DNA of 64,000 nucleotides from Vicugna vicugna (Eukaryota), in contig MU057615.1 in NCBI GenBank assembly GCA_013265495.1, positions 62,001 through 126,000 of the forward strand, given 5' to 3'. Positions 1 through 13,100 of this stretch are shown here, in pieces; position 1 is the first letter of the stretch; each line of letters starts with the position of its first letter. The position numbers were made by a program, and so were the translations under genes. The notes under the pieces are model-generated. The model was not told the DNA's origin, searched no databases, and saw only the letters and a program-made list of their open reading frames with translations.

Positions 1-124
1 CATTTTTGTGTGTGTGTGTGGTGATGGTATCACAGATATATGCATATGTCCTAATGCATCAAAAAGTGTACATTAAAATTGTGAAATATTTTTATATTAA
101 ATTTATGTCGAAGTATTGTTTTAA

Positions 125-1600
125 AGAAGTAAAATCTGAGTAGACCTATCATGTGTAGGGATTTAATTAGTAATCAAAGGTCTTCCCATCAAGGAAAGGA
201 CAGACCTGGATGGCTTCACAGGTGAGTTCTATCAAAACTTTAAGGACAGATCAACACCATTCTTTCACAGGCTCTTCAAAAATTTGAAGAGAAGGAATAC
301 TTCCAAACTCATTCTATGAGGGGAATGTTATCTGGACACCAAAACCAGACAAAGACAGCACAAGAGGATGAAAACTGGAGAGCAACATCCCTTATGAACA
401 TCTCTTCAAAGGTCCCCAACAAAGTAGTGGTAAACTGAATGCAGTAACAAGAATTTGATTAGACACCAGTGAGCAAGTAGGATTTATCCTAGGAATGGAA
501 GGATAGTTCAAAGTATGAAAGTCATTCAATGTAATATTCCATGTTCATAGGATATTTATATCCATATGAATATTTGTAGAAAATCCATAGACCAACAAAT
601 CGAATGATCATCTCAACAGATGCAGAACAACCATTTGACAAAATCAAGCATGCTTTTATGATAAAAATATCCAACAAACTAGGAATGGAAAGCATCTTCA
701 TCAACTTGATAATCTATGAAAAACCCACAGTTAACATAATACGTAATGATGAAAGATTGACAGCTTCCACCCTGAGAACAGGAGCAAGACAAGGATATCC
801 ACTCTCAACCGTTTCTATTCAACACTGTGCTGGATGTTATATCTAGAGAAATTAGGCAAGTTAATAATAAAAATAATGAAAGACTTCTCATTGGAAAGAA
901 AGAAGTAAAACTGTCTTTGAAGATGACACACTCTTGTACATAGAAAATCAAAGGAATCTACAAAAACTATAGAACTAGTAAGTCCAGCAGTCACAGGATA
1001 CAAGATTAATATACGAAAACAATTGCATTTTTGGTATTTGCAATAAATAATAAATTAATAAATAAAATTAAATTAAGAAAACCCGTTTATAATAATATCA
1101 AAAGTAAAATATTTGCCAATAAATTTAACAAGGTAAGTTTAAGATTAATATACTGTGAATTACAAAGCATTGTTGAAAGAAATTAAGTATCTAAATAAAT
1201 GGAAAGACAACACATGTCCATAGATTGGACGACAGCATTCTTGAGATGGCAGTATGCCCAGACTGATCGACAGATTCAAAACGGTCTCTGTCAAAATCCC
1301 AGCACCCTTTTTGCATAAATTGATAAGTTGCTGAAAACATTTATATGGAGATTGCAAGCAACCGAGAAGAGTAAAAACAAAAACAGAACAAAAGAGGACT
1401 GACACTTCCTGACGTCTGAATCTACGGCAAAACTACGGTAAACAAGACAGAATGGTACAGGCGCAAGAATAGACATACATGTAAATGGAATATAATTGAG
1501 CATCCACAGATAAACTCTTGCATTTGTGGTCAATTGATTTTTTTTTGTCAGTTGATTTTTGACAAGGGTTGCAAGACAATTCAATGAGTAAAATAAAAGT
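125..1600 (+). mobile_element. Old LINE-1 ORF2 fragment (reverse transcriptase region), degenerate
   Basis: ORF 604-846 reads MIISTDAEQPFDKIKHAFMIK...GARQGYPLS, matching the L1 ORF2p RT motifs (MIISIDAEKAFDKIQHPFMIK, GTRQGCPLS). Flanks are A-rich L1-like sequence with many stops and frameshifts. Confidence 0.92.
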
Positions 1601-1607
1601 TTGCCTT

Positions 1608-1740
1608 CATTCTGGGCTTCAGTTTCCCTTGATACAAGGATGATGACAGCACCCAGCCTCACAGGGTGGTTGTAAGTAACTGGAAAGGAGAAGTTTATAA
1701 GGCGTTCGGCTCAGAATGGTCACTTATTACTGTTGCATGT
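1608..1740. mobile_element. MIR SINE fragment
   Basis: ctgggcttcagtttccc...acccagcctcacagggtggttgtaag resembles the MIR core. Confidence 0.6.
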
Positions 1741-2549
1741 TGTTGGGCAGGTCAGTTAATCTCCTTGACTTTCAGATTCGTTATGTGTAAAAGGAGCATT
1801 ATCACATCCTCCTCACAAGGAGGGATGTGACGTAATGTTCGGAAAACCAGTACCTGCCCCTTTTTCCTTCTCTGCGGTCTAAATGTGATACAACCATTAT
1901 TGAGATTTCTCTTGTGGTAGATATTGTGTTCCTTTCTTTCCTTTTTTAAGAACATTTTTTTTCTAATTATAAAAGTGATGCATTTTTAAATACAGGAAAA
2001 AAATGGGGACATGTTTACATCAAACAGTTGAAGCCATTTTCCTCTGTAGGGTGAGAGTGGGAAATGAGTGTTTCTGCTATGAACTTTATTCCACTTGTGT
2101 ATTGTTTGACTACTTTACAATCACTAAATAGTACTTTAAAGTTGAAAGTAAAGATACATATACATAGCTAAACAATATTAACACCCCGTCATTTCATCAA
2201 CTTCAGCACTTCCCAAATTGTGTGCTATAGACAATAGTTAACAAGATGATTCTGTGGGGAAAAAAATGTAGAGATGGGCTGGGCAAGTATTATTTTGTTA
2301 AATAGTTTTGGAAATGCTGCTGAAACATATTTATTCTTCTCTAGAGCATTCACAATTTACATATTCAGTCAAAGAAAGAACAGAAGAAGGGAGGGGAAGA
2401 ACCCCACCTATGACTACGTTGCTCCTAGCCAGTGTGCACAGTGGTTTCCTTCCTGACCACTGCCGTTTCCCCACGTAATGCCCATGTGCTCATCAGAACA
2501 GCACATCGTGAATCACTCACTCGCAACAGGTGCATCACACAACTTGTTA

Positions 2550-3900
2550 CTGGCAAGTCTTTCCATGTTTTTAGATCTTCTTTGATTTCTTTCATCAGTA
2601 TTAAATGTCTCTTCGTGTCTTTCACCCATTTTCTAATTGGATTTTTTAAAAAACATGGAGATAAAAATCAGCTGTATTTATGTGGGCTCCTTCTAAGGTC
2701 TCTACTCTGTTGCATTGATCTGGTCTACCTCTTTGGCAATACTTCTTGGTTATAGCAGCAATATAGTAGCTATAATATTGTGACCTTGAATAAGTGCATT
2801 TATGTATGCAAAATTATCTTGTAGAGATTTTTTTATGGGAATTGGGTTAAACGTGTATATAAATTTGGGAAGACATCTTTGTTGAGTCTTTTAGTTCATA
2901 AACATGAAATGTTTTTCTATTTATTTAGATCTTTGATTTCTTTCATAGACATGATGAAATGTATGTTGTATATTTTCAACATAAAAATCTTGTCCATGTT
3001 GTATTGGACTTACACCCAAATAGTTAAGTTTTTCTGCTCTTTTTGACTCTTGTCAATATTTTCTTTTTTTTTTATGAAGTTTACTTACATCACCCATCTA
3101 TTCTCATTTGTTGTCTACTTTTTCCTTTACAGTCCTTTATATTAATCATAATTGTTTTGATTATTATTATAAACTCTCTCTTTGATAATTCCAATACCTG
3201 TGCCATATCTGCACTACTTCTGACACTTGCTTCCCCTCTTCAGATTGTGGGTGTTTTTTTTGTACTTGCTGGTATGACTTGTAGTTTTTAGTTGAAAAAC
3301 AGACATGATTCATTGGATGATAGGCACTGAGGGTAAACAGGCTTTCTGAGTGAGGTTTTATGTTAATCTGGCTGGTAGTTGGACTGTGTTAATATAAGAT
3401 TAGCTGTAGCTGTAGGTAACAGGGACTCCAAATTCTGTTTCGGTCTTCCTTGCTGTCTCTGGCCTTCCCTACGAACCCTCCTCAGGGAGCGTTCAGGCCT
3501 TGCAGCCCTTTCAGCTGTGATCTGGTGGTGTTACACTGAGGCCACGTTTGAGGTGTCAGTAAGGTCTAAGGGGAAGGGAAAGCGTTCTATTATCTTATGA
3601 TTGAATCTGTCCTTCAGTGGCCCTGTGTCCCTTGGCTGTGACATTCGTCATTGTTTCTTTCCTCCCCCATCTCCCTTCGGAGGTGAGACAGGAAGAATGT
3701 GCAGGGCGGGAGGTGGGTGCTGGCCTTGCCCGCAGCTGGGGTAAGGCTCTCGTCAAGTGCTTTCTCCTGGAGAGTCGGCCTTAGTTGCGGAGAACACACT
3801 GGTCTGCTTCACAATGGCGCCTTTCCTCTCACCACTGCTGGAGACAGGAGGGGCTTTTTCTTCACGTATCACCATGAGATCCTGGAGGGACTAGGAAATA
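2550..3900 (-). mobile_element. Old LINE-1 fragments (ORF2 and 5' region)
   Basis: Minus ORF 2425-2625 contains LMKEIKEDLKTWKDLP (L1 ORF2p LLKEIKEDLNKWKDIP); T-rich L1-like flanks. Confidence 0.7.
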
Positions 3901-4449
3901 GCTGTGGGGAATAAGACCTAGGTTAAAAGTTCACATGGAAATTGGCATGGTTAGTGTTGGGGTACATTTCAGGAGAAGAGAGAGAGGAGGAGGAGAAAAT
4001 GTGCTTAAAATCAGGAATTAGACATTGAAGGGGGCAGTGCGGCAACAGAGACACAGCTCCCGTGGGAGCAGTGCACTTTGTATTCCTGCGATTTCGTGCT
4101 GAGCTCGTATTAATCACAACCCAACAGATCCTGCACCTAGGAGTCCAGGAAGAAATAATTCTAGTAAAGGCTTCGTACTTCTCCTTATTCTGTGCTCCCC
4201 GCAATGTGATTTTTTCACTTACTTTGAACTTACACCTACAAATACTGATTGTATTTGCTTTGTATTAATCATTTTGCCTACTTACAGCAGTAATGAAAAG
4301 AAATTATACTCCTCATGCTTATTCCTATATGGATTCTGAGTATGATGTGTTATTTTATCATTGCTGTGGACCTCCACTGAATTCCCTTTTAAATAATGTT
4401 CCAGAGGGTAGGATAAACTACTATTATCTATCAAGATTTTTTTCTTGTC

Positions 4450-4630
4450 TTTTTTTAAATTGAAGTCTAGTCAGTTCACAATGTTGTGTCCATTTCTGGT
4501 GCTCAGCATAATGTTCCAGTCATACATACACATACATAAATTCCTTTTCATACTTTTTTTCATTATAGGTGACTACAAGATACTGAATATAGTTCCCTGT
4601 GCTGTACAGTAGAAACTTGTTTAATGTATT
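4450..4630 (-). mobile_element. Lineage-specific L1 3' end
   Basis: ttttttaaattgaagtctagtcagttcacaatgttgtg...atactgaatatagttccctgtgct is a typical cetartiodactyl L1 3' UTR in reverse, with a poly-T start. Confidence 0.8.
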
Positions 4631-4639
4631 TAAAAAAAA

Positions 4640-4757
4640 ATTGTATTGGGGGTAATTAGACTTGTTTGTTTGTTTATTTTTATAGAGGTACCAGGATTTG
4701 AAGCCAGGGCCTTGTGCATGCTAGGCATGCACCCTACTACTGAGCTGTACCCTCCCC
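4640..4757 (-). mobile_element. Vic-1-type tRNA-derived SINE
   Basis: Reverse complement reads ggggagggtacagctcagtagtagggtgcatgcctagcatgcacaaggccctggcttcaaatcctggtacctc + AAAT-type tail + ctaattacccc; A/B-box-like. Confidence 0.88.
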
Positions 4758-5104
4758 TTAAACAGTGAATAACAAGTGAATGGCATTCTTGTCAGATATT
4801 AAAAAAAAAAAGAAAAGAAAACCTCCATTATTTCCCTGGGGAATGCCTCCTTTATGAGATGAAAACATTTTCCTGCTAAAATTTCTCATGTGTAGACATG
4901 TGACCTAAAGATGAACTTACTTTAATATACACATATGCTTTCATGCCTCTCTGGTTTGAAAGACAACGGCTTTATAACCTGCGTGTCCCTCCTCCACACA
5001 CACCGCCATCCCGTTCCCATCAAAATGCCCACTTCAGGTCATTTTAGTGATGCAGTCATGTCAAGTTTCTTCTCCAAACTCAGTTTGTTTATGCAGCTGC
5101 CAAG

Positions 5105-5220
5105 GACTTTCTTTTTTATTTCCCTCATTCCCTTCTCTCCCCCTCCTCACCCCCTCCCTCTTTCCCCTTCCCTCCTCCCTCTCTCTTTTCCTCTTTCTTC
5201 CCCTTCTTTTTCCTCTTCAG
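5105..5220 (+). repeat. Polypyrimidine low-complexity tract
   Basis: About 115 nt of almost exclusively C/T. Confidence 0.85.
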
Positions 5221-7057
5221 TGCTTCAAAGTTGATGTTCATTAATGGAATTTAATTTTCATACCTAAAAGAATAAAATAATACTAAGAGACTTAAGAAAA
5301 ACATAGACCTGCCTCATGCTCCACGCAGTGCGACTCGAGTCCGGTACCCGTTCTGTGAGGAGCCCTGTTACTTGCCTTCGCCTCCCACCTAATGCGCTGG
5401 TGTGAACCCTTCTGGATTATCAGTGTCCCTGCCGGAGAAGACTAGAAGTCAGCTCTCTTCCACTCTCTGCCCTCCTCTGTGTGTCCTCCCCAATTACAGA
5501 ACAAAATTTGATTAACTGCTTATTCCCTATTTACAGTGTTATAATCACAGCACTGAACTCTGCAGAAGGTCCTAGTGAGATTTGCTTACTTTTGCAGGGA
5601 GTGAAGGGGGGCTGTAAATTGTATTGTCCAGGAGCTAGTTGCCTCCTTTTTAAAAATGTAACGTCTTGATCCTACCACTGCAGAGTTTTATTGGAAACTC
5701 TGATAGAACCATAAGGTCCTCTCCATAGGTTTGAACACTTCCAACGGCCCTTGTTGGCCACCACCCTCTACTATTGTCCCTTCCTCTGTGGACCTGGACC
5801 CCCTTGCACAAGCATCCTGAGAAGCCCCTTCCTCGTCTCCTGGTGGGGTCTTCCTCACCGTGGTCATTCTCTTTCCTTATGTGGGTGGAGTACGCTTTCC
5901 AGAAACTTCCTCAGGAATGTTGCCTGTTGGAAACCTTGAATGTAAGACAGTGTCTTTACCGTCACTCTCCTGGGCTGGAAATGAGTTCCCCTCCGAGATG
6001 AGCCAGCTGCCGTGATGGCTGAACTGCTGTGGACACGTGACTTCTCCCTCATCCTTGCACTCAGCAGTGACTGTGAGCACACACCCTTTTGGTTGTGACT
6101 ACCTATTGCCCCAAACAAGAAGTTGCCTTTCCCCCTCATGTTCTGGAATTTTCTGATGATTTGTTAAATATAGGTATTGTGTATTTTCTTTTACTGTACC
6201 ACTAGGCAAGTTTTAACTATCTGGAATGTCAACTCTTTTGATTTTGAAAATATGTTTTCTTTGGTAGATTATTTCTTCAATGTCATAATTTTTTTATTAT
6301 CTGTATTACATATTATTTTGTTGTTTTTTTATTATTTATCTTTTTTTGTATTAGTTTTTGGGAAATGCCTCCAAAGTTACCTTCCCACCATCTACATACG
6401 TATTTTTTAATTTCCAAAGGATCCTTCTTGTTCTTGGAATATTCGTATTTTTTGGCAATCTGCTGTTTTTTCAGTGGCTCGATAGCTTCTCTTGTCTCTC
6501 AGGAACACTGACCGTGGCTTCCTGACACCTTCTTCTGGTCGCCTGTTGCTTCTGTGACCTCTGACAGCCTTCCTCTCTCTATCTGGGAGTGTGTTTGTCG
6601 TGGTAAAGCATTCCCTCAGTGTCCTCTCATTACTATTTGGAAACAAGGCACTCGTTGCGGCTCGGAAGCGCTCTGTGGGCCTCGCTTTGGGGGAGGTGCT
6701 GCTAATTAGTATTTCTCGGCCTTTTTACTTCCGTTTGTTAATTTTATAAGATGGAAGGGTTTTACATTTTATGTTATTCATTCATTCATTTTTAAATCTG
6801 TTTCCCGGAAAGTTGCAAATCTGTGGACAAAATGCTGGGAGCCAGCCAGTCAGGGAAATGGTAGGTGTCCTCCCCAGGTATTTCTGTCACCAAATCTTGG
6901 GTCTCTTTGACTCAACCTCCACATACGGAGAGCCCCGTCTGCTCCTGGGGTGGGGGGAGGCAGTCGCCAGCTCTGTGCCTCGGGGAGCTAGGTTTCTAAC
7001 TCCTCTGTTTTGGACAAGTTCCAGCTCCTAAGACGCTTCAGGGTTCCTCCTGTCAAG

Positions 7058-7260
7058 GACTGTGACAGTGTGAGATATTACTTTACTTACAAGCTAACAA
7101 GTTCCTGCAGTTTTATGGATGTTGGCAGAAAAGTGGCTGCCTCCTGGGTCAGAGACAAAGGACTTACTCCTCCGGGCACAGCAGGCAGCTGGAGCGCCGC
7201 GATCCTGTCTGTTCTCCTTGCCCCCAAGTTCCGTGGGGCAGATGCGAAGTAGCCGGGTGT
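7058..7260. mobile_element. Probable old LTR fragment
   Basis: tgtgacagtgtgagatattactttacttacaagctaac...ctcctgggtcagagacaaaggac resembles old ERVL-class MER LTRs; family not certain. Confidence 0.4.
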
Positions 7261-7269
7261 CCGTGTCCT

Positions 7270-7600
7270 CGCCAAGGGAACCTCAGTCCTTTCTGATATC
7301 TGTGTACCTTTTTAATGTTTCTGATGAAGAAAAGTTCGTAATCTTAAAGAAGTTCAGTTTTCCAATTTGTTTTTTCTTTTATGCTTAGAGCTTTTTATGT
7401 CCTATTTAAGAGATACTTGCCTAGCGAGGTCGTGAACTTTTTTTTTCTTTCTTCTTAAAATTTGAATGTGTTAGCATTCACATTTGGGTCTATAATCTAC
7501 CTCAGGTTAATTTTTGTCTATAGTATGAGATAGAAGTCAAGGTGTATTCTTCCCCCATAATGATACCTGGTGGCTACAGGACCACATGCTGGAAAGACCA
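7270..7600 (-). mobile_element. Old L1 (L1ME-like) ORF2 fragment
   Basis: T-rich sequence such as cacatttgggtctataatctacctcaggttaatttttgtctatagtatgagatag is typical of reverse L1 ORF2. Confidence 0.65.
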
Positions 7601-10080
7601 TCTGAAAGAGCACATAGAATCCTAAAGACTGGAAGGGCGTTGCTGTGCTTAACGTAGCAATGTTTTTGTAAATGAAAGCATATGAAACCAGATACAGCTG
7701 CCATCATTGTGTGTTTACCAAATGAGGATCAGGCTAGTCAAGGGAGACAAGGAAATAAAAGATATCTTCCCTGTCTTATAAATGTATAGATAGAAGTAAG
7801 CTTTACACATATACTATTATTTTATTTATAAAAATGGAGAAAAAGCTATGCGATCAAACTGACAACATATTTCTTGAGACCTCCTACAGCTCACTGGGTA
7901 GAAGATTATTAATATTGTAGTTGTCACATTTGCTCCAAAATATTTGGGCATGCCAAATCAACTTAGGGAGCCCGAAAGAATTGTTTTCATCACATATTAA
8001 GGAATTTCCTGGGAGAAAACTCAATCCAAGACAAGGAGCACGCAGGAAAGGCACCTGTGACTCATCGCCTGAATTTCGGTCAACAGCAGTGAGGGCGAGT
8101 GTTGGCAGTGAGTGTTGCCGCCTGGCACTCCCTTTTCTCCAGGTCCCTGGGGGTGGTGGGCAGGGGGGTTGCCGCTGTTTCCCTGGCACCAGGTCGCAGC
8201 CCTGCCGTAGGACTTCTTAGACAAGGTCTGCCCACAAGGGAGAAGTTGATTCTTCCTCACTGTGCTACTGAGCATGTGCAGCTCTGGTCTTCTGAGAGCT
8301 ACGGGGCCAGTGGGCTAAGTGCAAACGGTAGTGGCAGCTTGTAGACGCAGCAGGTGCCAGGTCAGGTGGCAGTCCCAGCGGTAACGGAAGTAGTGTTCAA
8401 AGCATGCCAGTGTGAAAAACAGCATGCAGCATCTCCTGGAATCAGTCAGATGAAAGGAAGTGGGCATCCCATGGTAATTGTGCAGAACATCCCTTAGATG
8501 CTCCCAGATACAGATTATGAGCAGGAGAGGGTGGGCGCAGGAAGCGCAGCGGCCCCAGACTTAGCAGCTGGGATGAAGGAGCAGAAGGAGCAGCGGAAGG
8601 CTGCGTTTAACCCATAAATGTAATGCAGTATTGTTGTTAGAACTTAAAACATTTAAATTCTCGTAGCTCCTTGATCATCTGCACAACTCAGGAGATTGCA
8701 GCTGTTTTTCCAAGGTGAGATAGTGGGAGGTCACACGGAGGTTGTGAAATTTGCCAACGATCTTTATAGCCCACCCAGGTCCACTAGAGACTGGATGCAT
8801 AGACATCGGCTTCTCTCTGTGGCCTCATCCTCTCCAGTCTCATTGTCCCCACGTGGATTCTCATCCTCAGTCCTTCCAGCATTCCTGACCCGCGTGCCTG
8901 CTAAGATCACTCACGGATGGATTCTGCTGAAACACAGCGCTTACCAAATTTCAGAGCCCTCGGAGACTCCCCCCCCCCCCCAATTATGTATAAACTCCTC
9001 AGCCTGGCAGCCACATGCACTTCTTATCTCTCACTTTTCTTTTTTTTTTTTAATTGTCAAACCAACTTTCCAAACTTGATATTTCCCAAAGCTATTGTAA
9101 ACTCCAGCACCGTCTATGCCAGTGCAAGCGTCGCTTTCTACCCTGTGTGTATAGACTTGCTTGTCTGAGCCCCACCATGAGGGACGTTCTGGGTGGCTGG
9201 ACTTGTCCAGCCTCCTGGGTGTCTCCCCTGCAGGGGCTGTGGGAGGGCCCTGTGCAGCGGGGCCGGGCCAAGCCCACCGTCGATGGTGCACGTGACTGTC
9301 ACTCAGCAGCGCCTTCTTGGGAGTGGACTCTTGTTCATTTCAGCTGGGGGTCGGGGGGGGGGGGCGGCACTGGAAGAAGGAACTAGCAGAGGGAACCATA
9401 TCCATGTCCCTGAGCAAATGTTACCATCACGACATAGAGAAGAAATTAGGATGTTTATTCTAAAATATTTTCCCACTTTAATTTTAAAAAATTTCAGATG
9501 TAAAGAAAAGCTAAAAGAATAGCACAATAGATGCCTATTAACCCTTTACTTAGATTAACTGATTTTATGCACATTTATTTTTCTCTATGTAAACACACAC
9601 ACACTTCTTAGCAAATCATTTGAAAATATATTGCAAACATCACAACACATCACCCCTAAATATTTCACACGCACCACCTGAGAATAAAAGCATTCTCCTA
9701 CACACCCGGAATACCACTAAATCAAAGTTAGCATGTAGTATCTAATCTACAGTCCAAAACTTCCCAACTGCATCTCCAGTGTCTTTCATAGCTGTGTTAT
9801 TTTGATCCAAGAATCAAAGTTCACTGTTGAGAATTACTAATTACACCTCTTCAGTCTCAGGTGATCCAGACTGGCACCCTTCTTTATCATTTGTTGTAGA
9901 ATTTCTCCCCCCTAAAGTTTCCAGGCCAGTTACCTGGTAAAATGGTAGAAGGTCTCACATTCTGACATAGCTGCTCCATCATGACTCAATTTACACTGAA
10001 CTTTTTTATTTTGGAAAATACAACCTCATTTGTGAAATAATTTAAATTTAAATATTAAATATTACGTGTTACATTTACAG

Positions 10081-10279
10081 TTGTTGTGAAAGAGAGTCTT
10101 TGTCGCGATCTGCCTGCGTGTATTAGCTCCCGACAAAGTTAGCACATGTCAGTCAGCCTCCTGGTGGAAAGTGACATCTCTCACATCAAACTGGTGTTGT
10201 TTTGAAGTGTTTAGAAGTTCAGTTCCAAAAAGCAGATGAGTAATCAGTCTTGGATCAGAGTTTTCTCCCAACTGTTCTT
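10081..10279 (+). other. Exon-like segment with stops in all frames (possible decayed or non-coding exon)
   Basis: Acceptor acatttacag| at 10080 and strong donor CTT|gtaagt at 10279/80, in non-repeat DNA. The frame ending in phase 0 reads ...VVLKCLEVQFQKADE*SVLDQSFLPTVL. Confidence 0.25.
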
Positions 10280-10477
10280 GTAAGTCTTCTCCAAGAGATC
10301 CAGGACGACAAATGTGCTTCTAAGTATTTTTACCAGCCACACTTGGGGAAAAAACGGAATCCAACTTTTGACATAACACATTGTGTGTTCCGGGAAGACT
10401 TTTTTTCTCTCATTTAAACATCCAAGCTTGTCCTCTGTTCCCTGGGTGTTTCCTCTTGGTGCATGCTTTCTGCCTGA

Positions 10478-10535
10478 TTCCTTCCTTCCTCCCTTCCTTC
10501 CTTCCTTCCTTCCTTCCTTCCTTCCTTCCTTCCTT
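10478..10535 (+). repeat. (TTCC)n microsatellite
   Basis: Direct tandem TTCC array. Confidence 0.95.
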
Positions 10536-10549
10536 TCTTGCTTTCTTTC

Positions 10550-10706
10550 TTTTTAAAAATTTTATTGAAGTGTAGTTGATTTACATTAGTTTCAGGTATA
10601 CAGCAAAGTAACTAAGTTATACATACACATACATATATATATATATTTTTTTTCCTTTCAGATTCTTTTCCATTATATGTTATTACAAGAAAATGAACAC
10701 AGTTCC
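10550..10706 (-). mobile_element. Lineage-specific L1 3' end
   Basis: ttttattgaagtgtagttgatttaca...cagattcttttccattata; same family as 28946. Confidence 0.8.
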
Positions 10707-12519
10707 AGGCTTATCTTTAAATATAAGAAATAACTTTATCTTCAGGGTGGGGTGGATTTTCATGACTTCACCTGGAGAGAAGCTTTGCAGAGGAAATTGA
10801 AGAGGACCCCAGTGGGGACAGAAGGGAGGGACACACATGGGGGTGTGTAGGTCAGAGTCCCGCTTACACGTATACAAATGCATTTCCATGTTCATATACA
10901 TGTTACTATACACCCGTATATTACCCGTGCAAATATATTTTATAGTAGCAATAGTCATTCAGTTACACTTGAAAACTTAGAAATATATGTTCTGTGGCTG
11001 CTCACTCTTCCTCTATTCTTTGTCTTGAGCCTTTGAACCCTTGCTCTGTAGAATCCTTTATCTTCCCAGTTTCCTAAATCAGAGCGCAGGATAGATGAAT
11101 GGTCTGGAGAGACGTCCACTTAGACAGACATGCAGGTGTGAGAGTTGCCGTCTCCCTTCTGTGAGTCCCTCACGTGTTACTGATTTCTGGCCTCCGGGAT
11201 CTGGGCCTCCAGCTGATGGAGCTTCCCACGGGAAAGTTGTAGCTGACACCCTCAGTTCACTGCCTGCTTTCTTTTAAAACGTGTATTCCAGTCCTCTTTC
11301 CCTCCCTCCATCTCAGTGATTTGGGTCCACCGTGTAGGTACCGGGCATGGGGCTGCCAGGGTAGGGCCCCTCCCCAGGGAGCAGTGCGGGAAGAGGGTCA
11401 GACAAGTAGCTGGTGCTCACTGCAGCGAGACGGCACCTCAGTGGGGGTCCCTTGTCACCCCCTCACAAACGTGGGCGTGATCACCAGCCCTGGCGCAGAG
11501 AAAGATAAGCTCAGCTGTGGATGAGGGGCAGTTTTCTGGGGAGAGGTGGGCCTGGCCTGAGTTCCAAATTGGGGAGAATGCAGGAAGATGTGCAGAGCTG
11601 CCCAGCAGGGAGGGCAGGGACGGCACCGTGGGCCTTTGGACCCTTTCTCATTGATTCGGACAAGGGGGTCTCTGGGCAACAGCAAGTGTCCAGAATGAGT
11701 TTCACTTTAGTAGTAGCAGGAGCAGACACATCTTTTTCTGACAGGAAAGGTCTCTATATGACCTAAAGGAGCTTCTCAACTAAGATCTAGAAATACCAAA
11801 AAGGAAAAAGATACAAAAAAAAATTCTTTTCCCTTTACACCTTAGTTTTTCTTAGAGGACCCCCGCTGGTTACAAATAGAGTATCACCATTAATTCCATT
11901 TTAGCTTTGCTTTCACTCTTTAAAAGCTTCTTAAAAAGTGGCCTTACATGTCCTTCGTCTTTGAGTTTTAGAGCGATTTAAGATTCTGAGTGGAAGAGTA
12001 AGGCGCTTCTGTGTCCCCCTCCTGGGCCTGAGGACCATGAGGAGAGCCGTCCAGGGCAGGCCGGGGTCCCCGGGGAGGCGGGGCCTACCCTCCCGGCCTG
12101 GCCCGCGTGCAGGGAGCCCTGGTGGAGCTGATGCCTCTCGGCCCCTGATGCTCCCAGCACAGCCACGTCAGGGGACTTCAGGCTGCAGCCAGACTCTCAT
12201 TTTACCCCAAATCCAAGGAATATAGAGCCTCATTCTCCCTGGATCTAGCCCAGTGCGACTTCAGCTACTTTGCTGAGTTTCTGAACGCCCAGCCTGGGCT
12301 GCTGGAAGCCGAGCCCGTGCAGGGCAGGGGCTGTCTTCTCATCTCTGTGAGCCCGGTTCCTGCACAGTGCGAGGTGCGGCCTCGTGCGTCAGGCCTGCTG
12401 GTTTGGGGCAGATAGTTCAAGGAATGACTGCAGGAAGCCCACCCGCGAGGACACTGCCTCCCACCTTGACAACGGCCTAGACCCTTCTCCTCCTTCCTCT
12501 TCCCTCCAAGGGTGGGAGG

Positions 12520-12684
12520 ATGTCCACCTGCCCTGGGGAGGGCAAGCTTCTTTACTCAGTCTACTGACTCAAATACTAATCTCGCCTGGGAATGCCCTCA
12601 CAGACACAGCCAGAAGCCATGCTTTATCAGCTCTCTGGGCATCCCTTAGCTCAGCCACGTGGACACAGAAAATGAACCGTCACA
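12520..12684 (-). mobile_element. MLT2-type (ERVL) LTR 5' fragment
   Basis: Reverse complement begins tgtgacggttcattttctgtgtcc...gctaagggatgcccagagagctg...gtcagtagactgagtaaaga, matching the start of MLT2B/D. Confidence 0.75.
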
Positions 12685-12904
12685 GCTCCCCAGCAGGTGG
12701 TGACCCCACGTACGTCTGAAAGCACACGGCGAGGAAGCAGCTCTCTGTGAGAGGCCAGACATGCAGCCGTGTGGTTAGCAAGCACCTCCTTCTGTTTTCC
12801 CACAGGTTCCCTCTAGTCAAGGTGTGTGCAGAGGAATCCAGCCCAGGCTAGCGGGGAGGACCACGCAGGCGTGCCCTTGGGTGTGTGGCAGGTTCACGTC
12901 CTTA

Positions 12905-13100
12905 CTGCTCTTTATTAATGTGTCCATGAGAACAGACGTGTTGAGTGCCGAGTAGATGTGTGCCAGGTTCTGTGCTGAGGGCTGGAGTGCAGTGGTGAAC
13001 AGGCACAAAGTCGCTGTTCTTGTGGAATGTGGGGAAAAGAGTAGGGGAGGAGCCATCAAGCTCATGTTCCCAGAAAACATACTTACAGATGTTGGTAAGT
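12905..13100 (-). mobile_element. L2 LINE 3' fragment
   Basis: gtgttgagtgcc...tgtgccaggttctgtgctgagggctggag...gtgaacaggcacaaagtc is the usual reverse L2 3' end. Confidence 0.65.

Noticed and set aside
604..846. Reverse transcriptase ORF as a novel RT or retron-like system
   Set aside because: It is plainly a decayed LINE-1 ORF2 fragment in mammalian DNA.
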